Both the position numbers and the translations under genes were made by a program. The notes beneath the pieces were generated by a model that was not told the DNA's origin, searched no databases, and saw nothing but the letters and a program-made list of their open reading frames with translations. Shown here in pieces: positions 1 through 7,317 of a stretch of DNA of 64,000 nucleotides. The first letter of the stretch is position 1. Each line of letters begins with the position of its first letter. Source of the stretch: a virus (Duplodnaviria; Caudoviricetes); the IMG/VR virus record IMGVR_UViG_3300025838_000035, positions 14,778 through 78,777 of that record; one strand, 5' to 3'.

Positions 1-349
1 GTGAGCCATCATTGTATGCTTGCACATAATGGCTAAGCCTGAATGGAATCATGTCATCAGCAATTTGTTTTTCAGCTTCTTTTAATGCTTTGGCAACATT
101 AGGAAACTGCTTTTTAACTAAATGGTTGACATCTGAGATATACATCTCTGGAAGGTCATGGCATAAAGCTATTTTAAGGGCTTTGTCTAGGTCAAACCGA
201 TAATCAGCTCTAAGAAGCATAACAGCAAGAGCCACAAAATAGCTATGTGTTGCTACGCTTTCTTGAAGTATGACAGGCTTCATGCTATACCGCTTGGTGT
301 GTTCCAATGTATAGCTTTCCATGAAGAACTTCTCATTTGCTTCATTCAT
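1..349 (-). CDS. HD-domain deoxynucleotide phosphohydrolase (YfbR/DatZ-like), 3' end runs off the window
   Basis: Not in the ORF track; hand translation from ATG 349: MNEANEKFFMESYTLEHTKRYSMKPVILQESVATHSYFVA...KIALCHDLPEMYISD, matching the R..ESVAxHS / HD..E..SD pattern. Confidence 0.85.
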   Translation of the reverse strand, partial: MNEANEKFFMESYTLEHTKRYSMKPVILQESVATHSYFVALAVMLLRADYRFDLDKALKIALCHDLPEMYISDVNHLVKKQFPNVAKALKEAEKQIADDMIPFRLSHYVQAYNDGS

Positions 350-546
350 TTTTTCATGTTCCTTACAAATGCTGCAAATGATTGTGAGGTATTGCCAAAC
401 ATCATTTTGTCAAACTCTTGTGCAACCTCTTCAAGCACTGCATTCCGTAATTCTTCTGATAAGAACTTCATGTCTGTGTTTATTCTTGTTTGTTGTTGAG
501 CAATACGCTCAAACTCTTCATCTTCAGGGTCTTTAAAGTTACTCAT
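346..546 (-). CDS. Hypothetical protein
   Basis: ORF with ATGA-type coupling to both neighbours; likely start MSNFK at 546. Confidence 0.6.
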   Translation of the reverse strand: MSNFKDPEDEEFERIAQQQTRINTDMKFLSEELRNAVLEEVAQEFDKMMFGNTSQSFAAFVRNMKK

Positions 547-1000
547 AATCCATTGCCTCCTCCGACCAGTTTTTAGCCTCAAATGTACCTGATTGCTTGA
601 TTTCTTTTAGCGCTTGATCTAGTTGGTCATAAGACCGAACAACTGCGCCTGATGCGGCCAGCACTAAATTAAATTTCTGACCTTCTTTACCGCCAAGCCA
701 ATTGTAAATGATAGGTATGCCTTGAGCATAACACCAACCAGCTTCAAACAATGTTCCAGGGTCCTTACCGTCGGTTACACAAACCGTTAAGTCAGTGTTG
801 TACAAAGCCTGTATATTCACCTTTAAAACATCGGCAGGTGTCATTGTGTGTGGGTCATATAGCATATCATCTTTTGGACTAAAGTAAGATAGGCCATTAC
901 GTTTTAGAACATCTTTGATGTTTTCTACGACTGTGACTTCACGTTCATTAAAGAACGGTGATGCAATATAAACAGATGGATTACGGTTAATGGATTTCAT
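539..1000 (-). CDS. Nucleoside 2-deoxyribosyltransferase / dNMP N-glycosidase family protein
   Basis: Motifs VYIASPFF, FSPKD, DPGTLFEAGWCYAQGIP. Confidence 0.88.
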   Translation of the reverse strand: MKSINRNPSVYIASPFFNEREVTVVENIKDVLKRNGLSYFSPKDDMLYDPHTMTPADVLKVNIQALYNTDLTVCVTDGKDPGTLFEAGWCYAQGIPIIYNWLGGKEGQKFNLVLAASGAVVRSYDQLDQALKEIKQSGTFEAKNWSEEAMDYE

Positions 1001-1009
1001 GATTTCCTT

Positions 1010-1276
1010 TCAGTTGAGTTTAAGGCTTTCACATACGTTACATTTGCATGTATATGCCATTTTTATGATATTAAGAACACTTTCAATAGAATCTTCACCA
1101 AACATATGACTACAATCATCACCATTGCCTTCACCAGGTCCATCAATACATTTACCAACCAATGTGATGATATAACCATTGCCATAGTTACGTTCATCTG
1201 ACCAGTCTTCAATATGCTTGCTGTACTTTTTAGGAATGTACTTAGGAGTTGTTTTAGAAGTCTTATATGTTTGCAT
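1010..1276 (-). CDS. Hypothetical protein
   Basis: 88-aa ORF with AGGA RBS directly after a promoter. Confidence 0.6.
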   Translation of the reverse strand: MQTYKTSKTTPKYIPKKYSKHIEDWSDERNYGNGYIITLVGKCIDGPGEGNGDDCSHMFGEDSIESVLNIIKMAYTCKCNVCESLKLN

Positions 1277-1326
1277 TTGAGTTCCTTTGAAGTTTAGAAT
1301 TAAGTGTTTAACAAGTAAACAATTAC

Positions 1327-1354
1327 ATTATACCATGCTTTTGACATAAGTAAA
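1327..1354 (-). promoter_or_regulatory. Sigma70-type promoter for the NDT/HD operon
   Basis: Minus strand TTTACT-N16-TATAAT with extended -10 TGG, at the 3' end of the helicase gene. Confidence 0.6.
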
Positions 1355-2752
1355 CAGTTTACTTAACTTATTTTCAGTCTCTGGGCTTTTATTTGCATAG
1401 TCTTTAATGGCATTCATCAAAGCTTGTTGAGTTTTGTCTTTGCTATGAATAGCTTTTACAATTGCTTCATCGATCGTGTCTTTAGCAATGATTTGATGCA
1501 CAATGATATTGTTTCTTTGACCTTGGCGCCACAAACGTCTTATGAACTGTTCATAGATTTCCAATGACCATGTATTGCTAAACCAGATAACTGCATAGCC
1601 TGCACCTTGTAGGTTAAGACCGTGGCCTGCACTTTGTGGGTGTGCCAATAAAACAGGATGTTTGCCTTGGTTCCAATCATCAATGGTTGTTTGCATTTCT
1701 TTGCCGGTTATCCCTGAGCCAATGTGCGGTGCATTAGGAAAAAGCTTTTGCAGTCGTGTTAAGTCATGCCTAAAATGATAGCCAATTAAGCATGGCTTAC
1801 CATTTAACCCTTCAACAAGTTCCTCAACTGCATTTAACTTCTCATCATGCATAGGCTGAACATCTTTGTCTTCGCCATCAAGATAAATAGCACCATTGGC
1901 AATTTGTTGGCATTTACCAACTGCTACTGCAGCTGTTGATGCCGTTACTTTATTGTCATTGATGTCAAGCAACAACTTGTCTTCAAGCTCTTTGTACATC
2001 TTCTTTGCTTTACTTGGCAAGTTAATATACACTTTGTTTGTGATTAGCTCAGGCATGTCAAGATAGTCTTCAGCTTTCATGCGTAAAACTTTGTCAGATA
2101 ACTTGTCATAAATGACTGTATCCATACCTTGCTTAAGCTCCCATGAATAGCCGCCATAGCCAGTTGGGTAGAAGTATGTTGTTCTAAAATGAGTGATAAA
2201 TCGTCCAAATGTAGCACCACGATCAATTACTAACTGTGGACCAAATATATCCATTAAACTATTCGGAGCTGGTGAGCCTGTTAAGCCAAACCGACGTTTG
2301 AATAAGTCCAGCATAGGTGCAAGCGACTTAAATCTTTCTGTTCTTGTGTTTTTAAGGTAGCTAATCTCATCTACAATCAATGCATCATACGGAAAATGCT
2401 GTTTAAGCAATGGCACATTCTTGATTAACCACTGTAAGCCTTCAAAGTTAATGACATGAATGAATGACTTGTCATTTAAGTATTTGTCTTTGTTTGGTCC
2501 GTGAAGCACACTGATGGTTAGGTCTTCAAAGTTTTCCCATTTAGAGACTTCTTGTGGCCATACAGCATAGCACGGCCTTAATGGTGCTAAGACAAGTACT
2601 TTGTTAATTGCTTTTGCCGACCGTAGAATCTTCAATGCTTGCAGTGTGATGCTGGTCTTCCCTAATCCGGGATCCAGCCAAAGTTGTCCTGAGCCGTTTT
2701 CTACTAGAAACTTTACGGCTTTTGTTTGGTAATTGTGTGGACTCCAATACAT
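1328..2752 (-). CDS. SNF2-family phage helicase
   Basis: LDPGLGKT, DEIS, LTGSPAPN, QSAGHGLNLQ, RLWRQGQ; start MYWSPHNYQ at 2752 has an AGAGG RBS. Confidence 0.93.
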   Translation of the reverse strand: MYWSPHNYQTKAVKFLVENGSGQLWLDPGLGKTSITLQALKILRSAKAINKVLVLAPLRPCYAVWPQEVSKWENFEDLTISVLHGPNKDKYLNDKSFIHVINFEGLQWLIKNVPLLKQHFPYDALIVDEISYLKNTRTERFKSLAPMLDLFKRRFGLTGSPAPNSLMDIFGPQLVIDRGATFGRFITHFRTTYFYPTGYGGYSWELKQGMDTVIYDKLSDKVLRMKAEDYLDMPELITNKVYINLPSKAKKMYKELEDKLLLDINDNKVTASTAAVAVGKCQQIANGAIYLDGEDKDVQPMHDEKLNAVEELVEGLNGKPCLIGYHFRHDLTRLQKLFPNAPHIGSGITGKEMQTTIDDWNQGKHPVLLAHPQSAGHGLNLQGAGYAVIWFSNTWSLEIYEQFIRRLWRQGQRNNIIVHQIIAKDTIDEAIVKAIHSKDKTQQALMNAIKDYANKSPETENKLSKLFTYVKSMV

Positions 2753-3011
2753 TTGTGATTTCCTCTTTAGTTCGTAAAACAAGAATTTTGTGATTTAAGC
2801 CTCTAAGTAACTCATGGACAGCTATTTGTCTAGGACTAAGCACACCGGTTAATGTCTTTAGTTCTACCCATATAACTTTTTTATTAATAACTACAATCCG
2901 ATCTGGCCAACCAGTGGAGAAACGTAAGTGTAGTTTTAAAGATGTCACGCCAAGACGTTTGCATTCTTGACTAAAATGACGTTCTAATTGTTTTTCTAGC
3001 ACTTTAGTCAT
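2604..3011 (-). CDS. VRR-NUC domain nuclease
   Basis: GWPDRIV...WVELK...SPRQ PD-(D/E)xK motif; usual neighbour of phage SNF2 helicases. Confidence 0.88.
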   Translation of the reverse strand: MTKVLEKQLERHFSQECKRLGVTSLKLHLRFSTGWPDRIVVINKKVIWVELKTLTGVLSPRQIAVHELLRGLNHKILVLRTKEEITNVLESTQLPNKSRKVSSRKRLRTTLAGSRIREDQHHTASIEDSTVGKSN

Positions 3012-3111
3012 TGTTCAATAGCATGCATGCTAACCAGATAAATGTAAGTACTAATGCCGCATTGATCAATGCAGCTAAAAGCGCAAATGTGATCATCATT
3101 GTATCAATCAT
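3004..3111 (-). CDS. Small single-TM peptide (35 aa)
   Basis: Hand translation MIDTMMITFALLAALINAALVLTFIWLACMLLNND; overlaps both neighbours. Confidence 0.55.
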   Translation of the reverse strand: MIDTMMITFALLAALINAALVLTFIWLACMLLNND

Positions 3112-3379
3112 GTGTGTTCTTCTCCTTCAGCTTGGCTTCAATGTATTGAATAAGTTTGGAAGTCGGTATGCGACCACTACCTTCTTCTTTGAACTCTACC
3201 CAACGCTCAACTTCATCACAATCCTCATCAGTCAGCCCTACCCATTCTTGTTTTGTATAAAGCTGTATGACTGGCTGCTCCCAATCTTTTGCCATCTCTT
3301 CATGGGCAGTCAACACCACTTGCCATTCAAGCCCCTTTTGGGGAACGAGTTCTTTCATCCATGCTATTGGTTTTCTCAT
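3104..3379 (-). CDS. Small accessory protein (WVGLTDE family), paralog of 63758-64000
   Basis: Near-identical to the ORF at the right end; ends IEAKLKEKNT. Confidence 0.75.
   Translation of the reverse strand: MRKPIAWMKELVPQKGLEWQVVLTAHEEMAKDWEQPVIQLYTKQEWVGLTDEDCDEVERWVEFKEEGSGRIPTSKLIQYIEAKLKEKNTHD
3123..3352. repeat. Direct repeat copy 1 (230 bp)
   Basis: Matches 63771-64000 with about 6 mismatches by eye. Confidence 0.92.
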
Positions 3380-3633
3380 GTGTTCTTCTCCTTGAGGTAT
3401 TTTTCGTAGTCGTTCATTAAAGATACTGCCGTTTTTCTGTCCCAGTTTGATGGGTAATACGCAACAACAAATTGCGCTTTTTCCTCATCAGTCAGTCCTA
3501 CCCATTCACGCTTGCCCATTGAGTTGACTGCCTTGTCTACACTTGATTGCATTTGCTTTTGCATACCGTCAATAAAGCCTTGCTCATATTCACTAGCGTC
3601 TTCACGCCATGCATTAGGATCATATACAGTCAT
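3376..3633 (-). CDS. Small accessory protein (WVGLTDE family)
   Basis: REWVGLTDEE motif, ends LKEKNT; ATGA coupling. Confidence 0.7.
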   Translation of the reverse strand: MTVYDPNAWREDASEYEQGFIDGMQKQMQSSVDKAVNSMGKREWVGLTDEEKAQFVVAYYPSNWDRKTAVSLMNDYEKYLKEKNT

Positions 3634-4190
3634 GTGTTCTTCTCCTTTAGTTTGGCTTCAATGTCTCTAGCAAAGTCGTCCATCCATGCACCATAAACAA
3701 TTCGCCATTCAGCAGAAAGCAGTTTTAAATCTTCTTCTGTTAGTACCACCCATGTGCGTTGTGGTGTGGTGTAGAGAGGTGTTGTATATTCACCTTCTTC
3801 ACGCTCATGTTCTTCAGGGCAGATTACATCAAGGATAACACCGTCCTTTTCCATGCCCCATGCAACAAGATGGTTTGGCTTTGGAGCATATGCAAAAACA
3901 TGAGGCCATGTTCTTGGATCAGGATTGTGATTTGGATGCATGGCTTTTAGGTCAATAAACTCCCATAGCAAACGTTCTAATTTATCCGACACAGGCTCAT
4001 CTTTTGTTTTTAGTTGTTCTTTGTAGGTAGATTTAGAGGCCATGTTTTGCATATCTTTTGTCATTCCTTCGTACTCAAGGATTGCTCTAGCAAACAATAC
4101 AGGAAAGTCAGCCTTGCCAGTTGCTTCAACCAACCCTTCTGCTTTGCCACTCATGTGCAAATAAATGTTGTGTATTTCTTCGTCAGTCAT
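3630..4190 (-). CDS. Accessory protein, mosaic of small-ORF modules
   Basis: Starts MTDEEIH; contains PLYTTPQRTWVVLTEED and ends IEAKLKEKNT. Confidence 0.7.
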   Translation of the reverse strand: MTDEEIHNIYLHMSGKAEGLVEATGKADFPVLFARAILEYEGMTKDMQNMASKSTYKEQLKTKDEPVSDKLERLLWEFIDLKAMHPNHNPDPRTWPHVFAYAPKPNHLVAWGMEKDGVILDVICPEEHEREEGEYTTPLYTTPQRTWVVLTEEDLKLLSAEWRIVYGAWMDDFARDIEAKLKEKNT

Positions 4191-4369
4191 TCATGCCACC
4201 CTTTTTCTTTCAGCCAAGCTTCAATCATTGCCCAGCATTCATCTTCTAGCGCCTCAGGTAAACTAAACTCAATCCATGTTGTTTCTACTGCGTTTGGATT
4301 GGGTACAAAGTCATGCCCAAAGACTGGCTCACCCTCACCCTTTACTTCTGCCATTCCAAATTTATTCAT
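4187..4369 (-). CDS. Hypothetical protein
   Basis: 60-aa ORF coupled in the array. Confidence 0.55.
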   Translation of the reverse strand: MNKFGMAEVKGEGEPVFGHDFVPNPNAVETTWIEFSLPEALEDECWAMIEAWLKEKGWHE

Positions 4370-4550
4370 TATTTCCCCTTGCTCGGATTTGTTCTGCTAT
4401 TGCTTTAGGACTGCCTTGCCACGGTTCTTCTGCAATCTTTGCACATTCCTCACGTTCACGCTCTGCCACCATTCTGGCAAATACAATCAGTGAAAAAAGA
4501 CCATTGAAGCCAGCCTTACTAGACATCTCTATGATTTCGTCATCAGTCAT
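4362..4550 (-). CDS. Small accessory protein (AEREREECA family)
   Basis: MTDDEIIEM...FARMVAEREREECAKIAE...IRARG; paralog of 4717-4974. Confidence 0.7.
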   Translation of the reverse strand: MTDDEIIEMSSKAGFNGLFSLIVFARMVAEREREECAKIAEEPWQGSPKAIAEQIRARGNNE

Positions 4551-4720
4551 TTTGCATCCTCCCAAATCCATCCCAACAATTCTGTTGTGTTTTTGATTTG
4601 TTCATTAGTAGGTTTTGCATACATTGCAAATTTTGTTGTATGTCCACCTCCATACAAACACCAATAACCAACTGGTTTAGGTGGTTTATAAATAGTAAAT
4701 CCTGTTTTTTGTTCAGTCAT
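4547..4720 (-). CDS. Hypothetical protein
   Basis: Likely start MTEQK at 4720; coupled to both neighbours. Confidence 0.6.
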   Translation of the reverse strand: MTEQKTGFTIYKPPKPVGYWCLYGGGHTTKFAMYAKPTNEQIKNTTELLGWIWEDAK

Positions 4721-4974
4721 TCTTGTTCCCTTGCTCGGATTGCACCAGCACATTCGCTTGCTCCCTCACCCATGAATTCATATCTACCTTGTATGTCTAT
4801 CCATGATAAGTAAAAACCATCACAAATTTCAGCACACGCCTCACGTTCTTTCTCTGCTACCAGTTTGGCAAAAGATAAAAGCTCTTCTGTAAAACAAACC
4901 CAATCATCTGATGTCATTGGTATTTTTTCAAAACCAGCTTGGCAAGCCATCTCTATGATTTCATTATTCGTCAT
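4717..4974 (-). CDS. Small accessory protein (AEKEREACA family)
   Basis: MTNNEIIEM...FAKLVAEKEREACAEIC...AIRARE. Confidence 0.7.
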   Translation of the reverse strand: MTNNEIIEMACQAGFEKIPMTSDDWVCFTEELLSFAKLVAEKEREACAEICDGFYLSWIDIQGRYEFMGEGASECAGAIRAREQE

Positions 4975-5080
4975 CGTTATTCCTTATAAAGACGGTGTAG
5001 CCACATCTCCAGCAGACCCAATGCATCCGAGCCTCTGTCAGCTCCATCTCGCCTAATTTACAAATAGGACAATCATTCAT
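4964..5080 (-). CDS. Small zinc-ribbon peptide (38 aa)
   Basis: Hand translation MNDCPICKLGEMELTEARMHWVCWRCGYTVF (CxxC...CxxC). Confidence 0.6.
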   Translation of the reverse strand: MNDCPICKLGEMELTEARMHWVCWRCGYTVFIRNNDDE

Positions 5081-5186
5081 GTACCAACGCCCAGTAAGCT
5101 ACCCACATACATGCCAATGCCAATCCTGCACTCACCAAAGCACAGATCAACGCAATGGCAATCAGTACAAAATTGATCAGCTCCAT
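5073..5186 (-). CDS. Small single-TM peptide (37 aa)
   Basis: MELINFVLIAIALICALVSAGLALACMWVAYWALVHE; TAATG coupling with the upstream gene. Confidence 0.55.
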   Translation of the reverse strand: MELINFVLIAIALICALVSAGLALACMWVAYWALVHE

Positions 5187-5383
5187 TAGGTCACCTCGGT
5201 CAATAGCTTATTTGCTGCCTGTCTAATCTCATTCAAAACCAAACTAGGATCACGACCAGATGTGATCGACTGATCAGCCTTGATCACAATGTGCTGCAAA
5301 AAGTGAGCTATCTTCTCAGCTCTATGCGACACTTCAAACTTAACCTTGTCCCTTGGAAACTCAAACTCAAGCGTTATTTTCAT
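5186..5383 (-). CDS. Hypothetical protein
   Basis: 65-aa ORF, GAGG RBS. Confidence 0.65.
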   Translation of the reverse strand: MKITLEFEFPRDKVKFEVSHRAEKIAHFLQHIVIKADQSITSGRDPSLVLNEIRQAANKLLTEVT

Positions 5384-5534
5384 TTAACCTACTCCTCTTT
5401 TCCTTCAACAACCAATTACTTCCCAACGCACGAATAGACCTGATCCATTTCCTCTGGTTAGCTCTGTTCTCCCAGTAGGGTATGTAGTCCACATTCCATA
5501 ACCGTCTTGCCATCTTTAAATAAGTAACGTCCAT
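5367..5534 (-). CDS. Hypothetical protein (55 aa)
   Basis: Hand translation MDVTYLKMARRLWNVDYIPYWENRANQRKWIRSIRALGSNWLL; AAGGAG RBS. Confidence 0.7.
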   Translation of the reverse strand: MDVTYLKMARRLWNVDYIPYWENRANQRKWIRSIRALGSNWLLKEKRSRLNENNA

Positions 5535-5639
5535 GTAATCTCCTTGTAAGAGCTTACATTATATCATAGTTTATTGTAGAGAAGTGTGTAGTATTACTAC
5601 TTAATACAAAATAAGTAATGAAAGGACAATAGTATGCCC

Positions 5640-5870
5640 AAGGGTGATAAGCCCTGGCTTTCACTCCTCTCCCAGCTTTAGCTCACTTCTCGATACTAAG
5701 CCTAGAGTACGCATAACGCAGCGATTTATCGACATGAGCTTGTCTCACCATGTAACTCATATCTTGTCTAGTCCCTCGCTGACAGGCTAGTCGGGTCTGT
5801 GGGGTGATATCACAGCCCTGTCTTTTCTTCCACGCAGCCGATGCAGGCTCTTTCTATCGTGTGGAGTACG
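5640..5870 (-). ncRNA. Candidate structured non-coding RNA (tandem hairpins)
   Basis: No ORF; successive stems TCCAC/GTGGA, AGCC/GGCT, GGGCTGTG/CACAGACCC, CTAG/CTAG, CTGG/CCAG, AGGG/CCCT. Confidence 0.45.
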
Positions 5871-5883
5871 ACATTTATGGACG

Positions 5884-6000
5884 AAAAAAAACCGCTTAGT
5901 GATGCATTCAAGGTGGCCGCCTTGCCTAATGACTCTCCCACGAAAGCATTAGGTAAAGCATGAATACATCGCTAAACGGTTTCTCATTACCGGCCACAGT
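5884..6000 (-). ncRNA. C4/CI-like antisense or attenuator RNA
   Basis: 22-bp stem (5982-5961 with 5910-5889) followed by a U-run, inner hairpin 5953-5925, and 5' GTGGCCG complementary to internal CGGCCAC. Confidence 0.55.
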
Positions 6001-6011
6001 AATGTGATATC

Positions 6012-6039
6012 AGTATATCAAATCTAATAATTTCTGCAA
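6012..6039 (-). promoter_or_regulatory. Sigma70-type promoter upstream of the C4-like RNA
   Basis: TTGCAG-N16-TATACT. Confidence 0.6.
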
Positions 6040-6044
6040 TAGGT

Positions 6045-6190
6045 TGTTGGTGCTCACATAAAGCAGTGTCTTTAACTGGAGTAAATGTTTACCTTACCCT
6101 CAACGGCGCTAACCCGTTGCACACCAACATGAATGGAGACTGCACTTACAGTCGGAACTCGTCCCACGGCTATGCATCGCCTCAATCTCC
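6045..6190 (-). ncRNA. Two tandem four-way-junction (cloverleaf) RNA candidates
   Basis: 6190-6135 closed by GGAGAT/GTCTCC with three arms; 6129-6045 closed by TGTTGGTG/CACCAACA with three arms; G-U pairs favour the minus strand. Confidence 0.45.
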
Positions 6191-6200
6191 ATACATCTTG

Positions 6201-6225
6201 GTATGGTGAAGCCGCTTCATCATAC
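6201..6225. promoter_or_regulatory. 25-bp pseudo-palindrome site 1
   Basis: GTATGGTGAAGCCGCTTCATCATAC; overlaps the -10 of a minus-strand promoter. Confidence 0.7.
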
Positions 6226-6248
6226 TTTGAATGATGAGTCCGACTCAA
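6219..6248 (-). promoter_or_regulatory. Sigma70-type promoter embedded in palindrome sites 1 and 2
   Basis: TTGAGT-N18-TATGAT pointing into the cloverleaf elements. Confidence 0.45.
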
Positions 6249-6253
6249 CATAA
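6229..6253. promoter_or_regulatory. 25-bp pseudo-palindrome site 2
   Basis: GAATGATGAGTCCGACTCAACATAA. Confidence 0.75.
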
Positions 6254-6282
6254 AAAAAGGGAGAGACTTTTGATCTCTCCCT
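6252..6282 (-). terminator. Intrinsic terminator
   Basis: AGGGAGAGA-loop-TCTCTCCCT then a T-run, downstream of 6332-6616. Confidence 0.8.
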
Positions 6283-6331
6283 AAGGCTTCTTTACAAGGA
6301 GGAAAAGAAAGCAACTATGGAGGCTATTTTA

Positions 6332-6616
6332 CTACACCTTGGCCAATATGTCCAATGCTTGCTCTACAGACTCCACAATAGCCAGTACGCCACCCGTCCA
6401 ATCGTCAAAGAACTTCTGCTCCGCCTCGGTTAATTTCCTACCGCTAGGCGGTTTATTGCCATCTTTGACCTCAAATAACAACGTCTGCCCCAAGTAGCCT
6501 ACCAATAAATCAGGTATCCCGTCCCCCTGAGAAATGATCCGAACCGTAGCCCCTTGCTTACGCAAAGCCTCTACGATCTCATTTTGATTGGCGTCAATTC
6601 TGTTGGCGTATCTCAT
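6332..6616 (-). CDS. VRR-NUC / PD-(D/E)xK resolvase-like nuclease
   Basis: MRYANRIDANQNEIV...GIPDLLVG...LFEVKDG...LTEAEQKF. Confidence 0.85.
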   Translation of the reverse strand: MRYANRIDANQNEIVEALRKQGATVRIISQGDGIPDLLVGYLGQTLLFEVKDGNKPPSGRKLTEAEQKFFDDWTGGVLAIVESVEQALDILAKV

Positions 6617-6622
6617 ACCGTA

Positions 6623-6663
6623 TTTATACCACAATTGCAAAACAATAATATATGTGGTACATT
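6623..6663. promoter_or_regulatory. Divergent promoter region with TACCACA/TGTGGTA inverted repeat
   Basis: Plus strand TTGCAA-N17-TACATT; minus strand extended -10 TGGTATAAA; point of gene divergence. Confidence 0.6.
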
Positions 6664-6692
6664 ACACTCCCACTCAACACATAGGAGGAAAC

Positions 6693-6926
6693 ATGACAAG
6701 GAAACAAATAGCTGAAGAGAATGTCATAGCTGGTAAAGAAAGGGCGGTAGAAATTACAAACTTTCTATTTGCGAATCAAACCGATGAATACATAACGGAT
6801 GTTTTGGGTTTAGCCATTACTTATGTTTCAATGGGATTAACCGCTGGTTTAACTGGTGTTCAATTGATAACCATCATAGGCGCTACGCTTGACGAGGCAC
6901 ACGAACCAAATGGGACGATGCAATGA
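6693..6926 (+). CDS. Hypothetical protein
   Basis: AGGAGG RBS, start MTRKQ. Confidence 0.7.
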   Translation: MTRKQIAEENVIAGKERAVEITNFLFANQTDEYITDVLGLAITYVSMGLTAGLTGVQLITIIGATLDEAHEPNGTMQ

Positions 6927-7141
6927 ACAAAGAACAAAAAGAAGAAGTGGAGGCTAAATACAAAATAGCAGAAATGAACATGAAGTCTTACCAACTATGG
7001 GAAAACTATAGATGGGACAAGGCAAAGAATCCGTTTGAGGCTTGGCAAGAATTTAAGAGATGGCGTCCTAAACGCCACGTTGTTGTCAAAGAATACTTAG
7101 ACGCAAAAGAGTTATTAATGAAAGCTAGAACCAAGGAGTAG
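6923..7141 (+). CDS. Hypothetical protein
   Basis: 72-aa coupled ORF. Confidence 0.65.
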   Translation: MNKEQKEEVEAKYKIAEMNMKSYQLWENYRWDKAKNPFEAWQEFKRWRPKRHVVVKEYLDAKELLMKARTKE

Positions 7142-7143
7142 AA

Positions 7144-7317
7144 ATGACAGAGACAGAATTTAGCAGATTACTTGTAGACGCATTCAGGTACAGATGGCTT
7201 AGAAAAGAATATGCTGCTGGTCGAGAAACAGATCTTGCAGAAGGATTGCCGACTGAAGAAGATCTCGATAACTATATAGACAGGAAAGCCATCAATGAAA
7301 CTCACGAACAAGTTTAA
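7144..7317 (+). CDS. Small protein with DAxRYRWLR motif
   Basis: Hand translation MTETEFSRLLVDAFRYRWLRKEY; AAGGAG RBS. Confidence 0.65.
   Translation: MTETEFSRLLVDAFRYRWLRKEYAAGRETDLAEGLPTEEDLDNYIDRKAINETHEQV

Larger units (their letters stand above)
1..3111 (-). mobile_element. Segment of a probably different phage (HD hydrolase, NDT, SNF2 helicase, VRR-NUC)
   Basis: Duplicates the helicase and VRR-NUC functions found at 58849-60324 and 6332-6616; lies outside the repeat-bounded unit. Confidence 0.6.

Noticed and set aside
1-349. 2-aminoadenine (Z) genome call from the DatZ-like HD protein
   Set aside because: No purZ or mazZ in the window, and the HD family alone is not diagnostic.
6045-6190. 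tRNA genes
   Set aside because: Cloverleaf-like, but lacking the TTCRA T-loop, D-loop GG, 7-nt anticodon loop geometry and CCA end.
6072-6314. 80-aa ORF across the control region
   Set aside because: It crosses a terminator, operators and structured elements, starts at a weak codon, and has no protein-like features.
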